Positions 57,923 through 64,000 of a stretch of DNA of 64,000 nt are shown in pieces. The notes under the pieces are model-generated. The model made no database searches and was not told the DNA's origin. It worked only from the letters and a program-made list of their open reading frames with translations. Source of the DNA: Deltaproteobacteria bacterium (lineage in GTDB: Bacteria > Myxococcota_A > UBA9160 > SMWR01); NCBI GenBank assembly GCA_019310965.1, contig JAFDDG010000008.1, forward strand, positions 2,153 to 66,152. Reading direction: 5' to 3'. Every line of letters starts with the position of its first letter. Position 1 is the first letter of the stretch. A program made the position numbers and the translations under genes.

Positions 57923-59493
57923 GCCTGCTCGCCAGCCTGCTGGCGGCTCTGGCCCTCGTGCCGGCCGCCTGCATCCAGGACGACGGCTCGCGCTTCAACC
58001 CGGTGCGGGACATCACCGAGGTCTCCGAGGACGACGAGCGCGAGATCGGCTTCCAGTTCGACCAGGAGATCCGCAGACACGTCAGCATCATCGAAGACCC
58101 GGTGATCGCGACGTTCATCAACGACCTCGGCCAGGAGATCGTCCGCGGCATCGAGCCGCAGCCGTTCGTCTACCGATTTCGGGTCGTGCAGGACCCGTCA
58201 CTCAACGCCTTTGCGGTGCCCGGCGGCTACATCTACTTCCACAGCGGCACGCTGCTGGCGGCGGGCAGCATCGACGAGCTGGCCGGTGTGATGGGTCACG
58301 AGGTGGCCCACGTGAAGGGCCACCACTACGCGCGCATGCGCGAGAAGACGCAGATTCCCGATCTGCTGGTGGGGTTGGCGGGCATGGCGGCGGCGGTGGC
58401 CACCGGGGAGCCGGGGCTGCTGGTCGCTACACAGGCCGCGAACGTCGCCGCCAAGCTGAGCTTCACTCGAGAGTTCGAGAACGAGGCGGACCAGTACGGC
58501 AGCGTCTTCATGACCCGCGCCGGCTACGGGCCGGCCGCCATCGCCCGCTTCTTCGAGCGCATCCTCCAGGAGGAGCGCGCCACCCCCCACGGCATTCCGC
58601 CGTACCTCTACAGCCACCCGGATGTCGAGGATCGCATCGCGATGGTGCGACAGCGCGCGCGCAAGCTGCGCCCCACCGGCAGCCCAAATCCGCGTTTCAG
58701 CGAAGAGCTGCGCGAGGTGCAGGCACGGCTCGCCTACCTGAGCGACACGCGCCGCCAGAGCGCTCCACCGCCGATCCCGCCAGCGAATCCGCACCGCATC
58801 GACGCGTTGCTCGAGCAGGCGGCGTCGCTGGCCAGCGCCGATCGGGTCGACGAGGCGCTCTTCGTGCTGGCCCGGGCGGAGACCCTCGAGCCCCACGACC
58901 CGCGCGCACCGTTCGCCATCGGCGACTTGCTGGCCGCCCACGGGCGGCAGCTGGACGCGGTGGCCGCCTACCGACGCACGATCAAGCTCGACCCGACCCG
59001 CGCCCAGGTGTTCTTCCGCCTGGGGCTGGCCCAGCGCGCTCTCGGCAACCGGCACAGCGCCGTGCAGGCCTTCGAACAGGCAGCGCGACGCTCGATCGAA
59101 GGCAGCGCGCTGGGCCAGCGCGCCGACTGGCACGTCGAAACCCTGATCTTCCCGCTGCTCGTCGAGACCGGCTTTGCGGACGGGACTGCGCCGGACGGGG
59201 CGACCCCCTTCGGCTCGCCGATCGAGACGGCGGCGGTGGGCGCCACACAGCTCGTCTGGTACGGCCAGCTCAACTCACGCTACGCCAACTACGCCGAGCA
59301 CCTGCGCATCCGCTGGCTCGACCCGCACGGCACCGAGATCGCCGAGACGCCGGTCGAGCCGGGCCGGGGCGACTGGGTGTCGAGCGTGCTCGAGCTGCCG
59401 GACGCCGCGACGGCGGGCGCGTGGAGCGCCGAGCTCAGCTATCAGGGCGAAGCGCTCGAACAGCATTCGCTGACGCTTCAGCGCTCGAGGTGA
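57898..59493 (+). CDS. M48-family zinc metalloprotease lipoprotein with TPR repeats
   Basis: Lipobox LVPAAC, HEVAHV zinc motif, NEADQYG, C-terminal TPR repeats. ATG 57898 lies 25 nt inside the gcvPB 3' end. Confidence 0.8.
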   Translation: MAARRSGLSLLASLLAALALVPAACIQDDGSRFNPVRDITEVSEDDEREIGFQFDQEIRRHVSIIEDPVIATFINDLGQEIVRGIEPQPFVYRFRVVQDPSLNAFAVPGGYIYFHSGTLLAAGSIDELAGVMGHEVAHVKGHHYARMREKTQIPDLLVGLAGMAAAVATGEPGLLVATQAANVAAKLSFTREFENEADQYGSVFMTRAGYGPAAIARFFERILQEERATPHGIPPYLYSHPDVEDRIAMVRQRARKLRPTGSPNPRFSEELREVQARLAYLSDTRRQSAPPPIPPANPHRIDALLEQAASLASADRVDEALFVLARAETLEPHDPRAPFAIGDLLAAHGRQLDAVAAYRRTIKLDPTRAQVFFRLGLAQRALGNRHSAVQAFEQAARRSIEGSALGQRADWHVETLIFPLLVETGFADGTAPDGATPFGSPIETAAVGATQLVWYGQLNSRYANYAEHLRIRWLDPHGTEIAETPVEPGRGDWVSSVLELPDAATAGAWSAELSYQGEALEQHSLTLQRSR

Positions 59494-60359
59494 CGGCGCG
59501 CCGCGTCGGCCCAGCCCCCGTCCGGATCGAGCTGCAGGTAGCGCCGCCAATGCTCGCGAACGCGGCCCTGCAGCCCCAGCCGTTCGAAGATCAGGGCCAG
59601 GCTCACGTGGGTGTCCGCGCAGAGCGGATCGGCGGCGAGCGCGCGTTTGTAGTGGACCAGCGCCGCCTCGAGCCGACCCGACTCCTCGAGCAGCGCCGCC
59701 ATGTTCAGGTGACCCTCCAGGTGATGCGGCTCCAGTTCGAGCGTACGCTCGAAACACTCCTGCGCTCGTCCGCGCCGTTCCTGGTTGTAGAAGACCGTGC
59801 CGAGATTGCACCACGCGTCCGCAAAATCGGGGGCGACCGACACGGCCTGCTCGTAGGCTGCGATCGCGTCGGCGTAGGTCGCGCGATCCATGTCGAGCTT
59901 GCAGCCACACTCGAACCAACTCTCCGCGACGTCGCGCGCGTGGAGCCACGTCGGCTGACCCGCGCCGGGCGTGCCGCGAGCGAGCGCCGTGACGGACTCG
60001 CCGGAGCGGGCGTCGGCCTCGAGATCCAACAGCAGCTGGCCGTCGGTCTCCACCAACACGCCGCGATGCCGCGCCACCACGTCGCGCGCCCCCCACGGCG
60101 CGGGACGCAACGCCTCGAGCGGGCGATCGAGCTCCGGCAGTCGCTCGCGGAGCGACGCCAGGCGGCGCCGAATGCACCGCAAGGGCACTCCCCCGTCGAG
60201 GAGAGCCGCCAACCGCCGCACGCTCACGAGGTCCGAAAACTCGAAGGCCGCGCCAGCATCCGACTGCGCACTCAGAAGCTGCGTGCGCTGCCAGTAGCGA
60301 AGCCGCCGCGTCGGCACCCCGCAAATACGCGAGACATCGCCGAGCGTATACCCACCCAC
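59478..60359 (-). CDS. MerR-type HTH protein fused to TPR repeats
   Basis: YTLGDVSRICGVPTRRLRYWQ (MerR HTH), then TPR units (AIAAYEQAVSVAPDFADAWCNLG...). Start set to GTG 60359 because the ORF-track start at 60614 would read through selC antisense. Confidence 0.65.
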   Translation of the reverse strand: MGGYTLGDVSRICGVPTRRLRYWQRTQLLSAQSDAGAAFEFSDLVSVRRLAALLDGGVPLRCIRRRLASLRERLPELDRPLEALRPAPWGARDVVARHRGVLVETDGQLLLDLEADARSGESVTALARGTPGAGQPTWLHARDVAESWFECGCKLDMDRATYADAIAAYEQAVSVAPDFADAWCNLGTVFYNQERRGRAQECFERTLELEPHHLEGHLNMAALLEESGRLEAALVHYKRALAADPLCADTHVSLALIFERLGLQGRVREHWRRYLQLDPDGGWADAARRHLER

Positions 60360-60454
60360 CGCCAGAGAGTCTTTTGGACTTGCGGCGGCGGCGCAACCCC
60401 TCCCGTGCACAATGTGCAATTCCCGTCCAGCCAAACTCGGGTTAGAATCCACGC

Positions 60455-60553
60455 GGAAGCGTTTCTGAGGCTGGTGCCCGGCTCGGACTTCAAATCCGAT
60501 GGGGGGCGCGGCGACGCGTTCCCGGCGGGTTCGATTCCCGTCCGCTTCCGCCA
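60455..60553 (+). tRNA. selC: tRNA-Sec (selC), anticodon UCA, CCA encoded
   Basis: GGAAGCG...GGACTTCAAATCC...long GC-rich variable arm...GGGTTCGATTCCCGTCCGCTTCC-G-CCA. Acceptor plus T stems total 13 bp, discriminator G, 99 nt. Closely parallels remembered E. coli selC (GGAAGATC...GGACTTCAAATCC...GGTTCGACTCC...GATCTTCCGCCA). Confidence 0.88.
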
Positions 60554-60561
60554 AACCCCGG

Positions 60562-61452
60562 TTATTGGCCGGCCTGCTGGCGCTGGATCCAACGCACGAC
60601 CTCTTGCCCCACACGCTCGGGCTGGTCCTCGGGCATGAAGTGGTTCGCGTCGTCGATCTCGACCGCGGTCAGGTCCGGAAGGAAGCTGCGGTAGGCCTCC
60701 ACCGCGGGCGCCATTTCCGGGTAGTAGAGAAGCAGCGCCGGAAGGCCGCTGCGCGCGAGCGCGCCGCAGTAGTTCGTGGCCGTCGCATAGAAGTCCTTCG
60801 GCTCGCCCGCGATCGGCAGGTCGTTCGCCAACTGCCAGACGGGCCGCCGGCTCGCTGGACTCCCGTAGGGCTCGAGGTAGTGCTCGAGGACCTCTGGAGT
60901 GGGCTCCTCGACGAGCAGGTGGCGGAGCGCCGGTTCCACAAATAGGTGCTCGTTCACGCAGATGTCCCAACCCAGATCCGGCGCGCGATAGGCCCGCCAC
61001 ATCACGCGAGTGGGGCTGTTGCCACCGAAGTGCTGCCAGGTCGGCCAGGGGGTCACGATGTTGCCGGTGAAGGCAATGCTCCGCACGTTGTCTCGATGCT
61101 CGGCGACGTACTGCGCGGCCACTGCCGTTCCCCAGTCGTTCGACACCAGGTGGATGTCCTCCAGGCCCAACGCCTCCACGAAGCCGGCGAAATACTCGCA
61201 CTGGTCGTAGATGCGGTACGGAATCTCCGGCTTGTCCGAGCGCCCCATCCCGATCAGGTCGAGGGCAATCGCCCGACCGACCTGCGCGACGTGCGGAATG
61301 ACGCCGCGCCAGAGGTACGACGACGTCGGGTTGCCGTGCAGCAGGACGACGGGACTGCCCTCCCCCTGCTCGACGTAGTGCATCCGAGACCCCTGGACGT
61401 GCGCGTAGTGAGACTCGAAGGGGAATTCTGCTGAAGCCGACCGACCGCTCAT
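60562..61452 (-). CDS. Haloalkane dehalogenase-family alpha/beta hydrolase
   Basis: HGNPTSSYLWR, nucleophile elbow SNDWGTAV, C-terminal NHFMPEDQP. ATG 61452 preceded by GGAGGAG. Only the C-terminal 296 codons of ORF 60562..62046 are credible. Confidence 0.85.
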   Translation of the reverse strand: MSGRSASAEFPFESHYAHVQGSRMHYVEQGEGSPVVLLHGNPTSSYLWRGVIPHVAQVGRAIALDLIGMGRSDKPEIPYRIYDQCEYFAGFVEALGLEDIHLVSNDWGTAVAAQYVAEHRDNVRSIAFTGNIVTPWPTWQHFGGNSPTRVMWRAYRAPDLGWDICVNEHLFVEPALRHLLVEEPTPEVLEHYLEPYGSPASRRPVWQLANDLPIAGEPKDFYATATNYCGALARSGLPALLLYYPEMAPAVEAYRSFLPDLTAVEIDDANHFMPEDQPERVGQEVVRWIQRQQAGQ

Positions 61453-61624
61453 GGCGTCTCCTCCACCCCCAGAGTAATCGAGCGGGGAAGCGAGGACGCC
61501 CTTTCCTTTTACCTCTTCGGACTCTTCCCGTACCCGAGTGACTCGAGGAGCCGTTGTCGTCCGCGTAACTGCCCACACGAGCGACTCCTGGCGAGCGCAC
61601 CCGAAATCCCGCCGCGGCGAGAAT

Positions 61625-62803
61625 TCAGACCTCCGGAGCGCGGTTGTCCTGCGCCGCCGGGATCCCGGACTCCGCCCCCGGGCGCTTGCGAAACCGGGCC
61701 ATGTGCTCCTCTCCGAAGACCCGGCGGGCGTCGTACTGGTTGTGTGCGCGGCAGCGCAGGGCGATGCCGTCCACCGAATGCGTCCCGGTGTGGGCCCAGG
61801 GGTCGAGGTGGTGGAACTCGAGGAACACCGCCGAAGCGCAGCGCACGCCACCGGCAGAGACATAGCTGCAGCTCCCTGCGTCCCGGCGCACGACCGCCCG
61901 TCGGATCGCGGCCGGGATGTGTCGAGACGCTGCATGGTTTGCAGGGGCCTCGGGCTTCGGCCTCGAAACCGCCCCGAACTTCCGTTTGCGAACTTGATCG
62001 AGCAAAAGCGCGACCGCACGCGCCAGGATGATCCCGAGATCGCCATCCGGGATCTGATGGCGCATCAGCGCCCGCAGCTCCACGAGCTGCGCGTGCAGCT
62101 CTCCGTCTGCGGTGAAGCACACGCGATAACGCTCGCTGCCAAGCGGCGAGGTCCGGGAATGCGAGGCTCCCCGAGATGCTACGCCGCCCGGCGCTCTCAC
62201 TGCCCGATCGGGAGCCCACCCCGGCTTGCCTCCGGCCGAGTCCGTCTTGCGGCCCGAGACCTCGGCGCACTCCGAGGCCTTCGCTGCCGCGGGTGCCGAG
62301 GCTCGTGCCACCGTTGCGGCCTCGGCTACCAGTGCCTCCGCCGACACGCTCCCCGAACGCCCTTGTGCCGGCAACCGGCGCACGCAATTCGCAAGATCCG
62401 GCTTCGGTTGCCGATCGGCCAGCAGGCGTTTGATCTCCTCCGCCGTCTGATGCCTCGCGGCCCGGATCCACTCCCCGCAGTTCTCACCCGTGAGCTGCGC
62501 CGCGAGCAGGCTCAGGGCCGTGACGTGCAGCTCCCCCCGGCGCAGTGCCAGAAGCAGCTCCGGGTGCCGCCGCGCCGCCCGGGCGGCACGGATCCGCTTG
62601 TACGCGGCCGCCTCCGAGAAGTGCAGCACGCGCACGCAGTAGACGAACATGGAGGAACAGGCCTCTTCGAGGTAGAGCCGCCGCGCGTCGACCTCACCGA
62701 GATGACGGAGCATCTCGGCCTCGACCGCACGTCCGCACCGAACCAGCGCCTGTGTCCGCTCCAGCAACTCGCGGCTGGGAAGAGCTTCGAGAGCAAGCTT
62801 CAC
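61625..62803 (-). CDS. DUF222-type HNH endonuclease domain protein
   Basis: N-terminal helical DUF222-like region (LLALRRGELHVTALSLLA). C-terminal HNH (CSY....C......EFHHLDPW....H..DGIALRCRAHN). GTG start. Codon third positions less GC-biased than in core genes. Confidence 0.8.
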   Translation of the reverse strand: MKLALEALPSRELLERTQALVRCGRAVEAEMLRHLGEVDARRLYLEEACSSMFVYCVRVLHFSEAAAYKRIRAARAARRHPELLLALRRGELHVTALSLLAAQLTGENCGEWIRAARHQTAEEIKRLLADRQPKPDLANCVRRLPAQGRSGSVSAEALVAEAATVARASAPAAAKASECAEVSGRKTDSAGGKPGWAPDRAVRAPGGVASRGASHSRTSPLGSERYRVCFTADGELHAQLVELRALMRHQIPDGDLGIILARAVALLLDQVRKRKFGAVSRPKPEAPANHAASRHIPAAIRRAVVRRDAGSCSYVSAGGVRCASAVFLEFHHLDPWAHTGTHSVDGIALRCRAHNQYDARRVFGEEHMARFRKRPGAESGIPAAQDNRAPEV

Positions 62804-63210
62804 GAAATGACCTCACGGGACCGAGGGGCGAGGTCGCACGCGAACATAACACGGGATATTTCGCTCCCCACGGCCGGGCCCAGAGCGCCGATCATCCGTC
62901 TGAAGCTCTCGAACTCGCGATCGAGAAGAACTGCTCGCAGGCGCTCATCTCGCTCACCTGAAGGCCGAAAGTCCCAACAATCGCAGCCCGCAGGGTGCCG
63001 GCGACGAAAGGCTGTCAAGCCCTTGAATCGGATTTCTCGAGAGGCTTCACCTGAATCTGCACCGACCCGATGCAACTGGCTTCAAAGCCAGTTCGAACGC
63101 CAAGGTGACTCACCGCCCTGCGATGCCGGAGCGCTGGCACGGTCCACACAAGAAACTGAAGCCCGGGCAATGGCTCCGCAAGAGTGCTGCCGGGCCTCAA
63201 GGAGGGATGT

Positions 63211-63340
63211 GCCGGGTGCGAAGGCGGTGGCGCGCGGAAGCAGAGGTGCCCCAACGCAGGCGCTTCGCATTCTCGGTGCACGAACGAGGGGCACCGGCGC
63301 ATGAGCACGACACCGCCTTCGCACCGGGCCCTGGCACCGC
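63211..63340 (-). repeat. Structured repeat element, copy B core (19-bp stem, same 17-nt loop, 64-nt insertion)
   Basis: 63211-63229 pairs with 63311-63329 (1 mismatch). The loop at 63294-63310 is the exact reverse complement of the copy A loop. 63331-63340 matches GCGGTGCCAG of copy A. Confidence 0.8.
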
Positions 63341-63514
63341 TCGCCGATCTACGTCAGCAACCTGTCAGGCGCTTCCCGGGTATACGGAGTGGAGAGGGGG
63401 AGTTGCAGCGCCTCCTGCCGCTGTCCCGCACCGCCCCACCCGCTCGCCCTTGGCGCTGTCTTCGCGGCCGCCACTCGGTCATACTGAAGACATGGCAGCA
63501 AGCAAGGAGGAAGT

Positions 63515-63862
63515 ATGAGCCAACGTCCCACGGTGGTTACGAACTTCAAGGACCTTCCGCACGACGACGACGTTCGCGACTCGATCGAGCGCCGCAGCGA
63601 ACTCCTGGCCCGCGAGTTCAGGGAGATCTCGCGGATCGAGCTCACGCTGGTCGAGGACGGAGCGAACGTCGCCGTGCACGGACACGTGACGGGCAAGCAC
63701 AGCGACGTGGGAGCCCAGGCCGAGGCCAGCGAGGCCGGGCCCGCCGCCGACCGGGTGCTCGACAAGCTCGAGCGTCAGCTCCGCACGTTGCACGACAAGC
63801 GCATCTTCACTCAGCGCCGCGACGCGCAGCGCGACCCACCGAAGAAGCGCACCGCAAGCTGA
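63515..63862 (+). CDS. HPF/RaiA-family ribosome-associated (hibernation) protein, short form
   Basis: Roughly 115 aa. The AADRVLDKLERQLRTLHDKR block matches the conserved AID...KLERQL.K.K motif. Strong RBS AAGGAGGAAG before the ATG. Confidence 0.65.
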   Translation: MSQRPTVVTNFKDLPHDDDVRDSIERRSELLAREFREISRIELTLVEDGANVAVHGHVTGKHSDVGAQAEASEAGPAADRVLDKLERQLRTLHDKRIFTQRRDAQRDPPKKRTAS

Positions 63863-63879
63863 GGACTCGACCGCTCGGC

Positions 63880-64000
63880 TCAGCGCAGGTCGCGCAGGGC
63901 TCGGCCGGTCGGAGTATCCAAGCGCGCGATCTGCGCGGGGGCGCCTTCGCCGACGACGCGACCACCGGCCGGGCCAGCGCCCGGGCCGAGATCGATCACG
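63880..64000 (-). CDS. uvrA: Excinuclease ABC subunit A, C-terminal 39 codons (rest outside window)
   Basis: The minus strand translates to VIDLGPGAGPAGGRVVGEGAPAQIARLDTPTGRALRDLR*, matching the UvrA C-terminus pattern (IDLGPEGG..GG.IVA.GTPE.....S.TG..L). Absent from the ORF track because it is short. Confidence 0.75.
   Translation of the reverse strand, partial: VIDLGPGAGPAGGRVVGEGAPAQIARLDTPTGRALRDLR

Noticed and set aside
60360-60614. 5' extension of ORF 59478..60614 (MWGKRSCVGSS...), which would make the MerR-TPR protein 378 aa.
   Set aside because: This stretch is antisense to the selC tRNA gene. It translates to Arg/Gly/Ala-rich low-information sequence, and the MerR HTH normally sits at the extreme N-terminus. 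The start was moved to GTG 60359.
61453-62046. N-terminal 198 aa of ORF 60562..62046, upstream of the dehalogenase domain.
   Set aside because: It is Arg/Ser/Pro-rich with no family resemblance, and it overlaps the HNH gene on the same strand in another frame. A strong RBS (GGAGGAG) precedes ATG 61452, exactly where the alpha/beta-hydrolase homology begins.
62960-63010. GAAAGTCC...GCAGGGTGCCGGCGA resembles the RNase P RNA P4/J3-4 region (GAAAGUCC...GCAGGGUGCCAGGUAA). GGAAGCAG at 63236 resembles the SRP RNA motif.
   Set aside because: I could not find the other universally conserved RNase P blocks at appropriate distances, and about 175 nt of space is too short. The GGGTGCCGGCGA part recurs in the 14-kb repeat copy, so it belongs to the repeat. 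The GGAA tetraloop context closes only 2 bp, unlike SRP helix 8.
62800-63075. 91-aa minus-strand ORF whose TGA overlaps the HNH GTG start (GTGA), suggesting a coupled partner gene.
   Set aside because: It has a TTG start with no clear RBS. Third-position GC is only about 59% by my count, far below that of genes in this genome. Its 5' third is built from the dispersed repeat, and no family is recognised. It could be revisited if proteomic or ribosome-profiling data exist.
63076-63100. CTGGCTTCAAAGCCAGTTCGAAC resembles the selC anticodon arm plus T-loop, suggesting a tRNA-Sec fragment or att repeat.
   Set aside because: The hairpin has a 4-nt loop (TCAA) and not a 7-nt anticodon loop. The flanks do not match the selC 3' end, so there is no convincing direct repeat.
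63331-63345. CTGGCAC-N5-GCC as a sigma-54 (-24/-12) promoter for the hpf-like gene.
   Set aside because: The -12 element does not match: GC is not at the required spacing and TTGC is absent. The TGGCAC also belongs to the conserved repeat core present in copy A.
61625-63514. HNH gene plus upstream structured RNA as an IscB/HEARO (OMEGA) system.
   Set aside because: The protein N-terminus is DUF222-like and helical. No PLMP or split RuvC motifs are visible, and the size and architecture fit the REP13E12/DUF222-HNH group. It is kept only as a loose analogy in the findings.

Overview
About 70% GC chromosomal segment from a diderm bacterium. The gene content (gspC-N type II secretion, Mla lipid transport, DivIVA, two Lon paralogues, class I aldolase, DUF222-type HNH) suggests a Myxococcota-like lineage, but that is only a guess. 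Most of the window is densely packed housekeeping DNA. It holds lon, a gap-pgk-tpiA-secG-tRNA-Leu block, class I fba, a dnaK-hsp20-lon heat-shock operon, and a complete 12-gene T2SS cluster. The T2SS cluster runs straight into an ArsR-methyltransferase/HAD/tldD/pmbA/MBL/HEAT array. Further on are an mla operon, maf-yggS-proC-divIVA, folD-gcvT-gcvH-gcvPA-gcvPB, and the 3' end of uvrA. Many ORFs in the supplied track are high-GC artefacts (antisense or wrong frame). Several real genes are buried inside longer artefactual ORFs, and I re-set their starts by hand. Items not explained by the ORF track: (1) a tRNA-Sec (selC) gene at 60455-60553, hidden under a spurious ORF extension and followed by an accessory-looking segment (haloalkane dehalogenase, DUF222-HNH, 0.7 kb of lower-GC non-coding DNA); (2) a roughly 0.4 kb structured non-coding element present twice (downstream of tRNA-Leu and upstream of the HNH gene), with an identical 17-nt loop, co-varying stems, and in one copy a perfect 27-bp inverted repeat; (3) a DinB-like Y-family polymerase homologue in which two of the three catalytic carboxylates are alanine while a C-terminal clamp-binding motif is kept; (4) T2SS peculiarities: a secretin with a C-terminal SPOR-like domain, a GspE with an MshEN-like tandem motif, and a perfect TGTGA-N6-TCACA site at class II distance from a -10 box. 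No CRISPR array, rRNA, transposase or integrase was seen. All homology statements come from reading the translations and from remembered family motifs; no searches were run.
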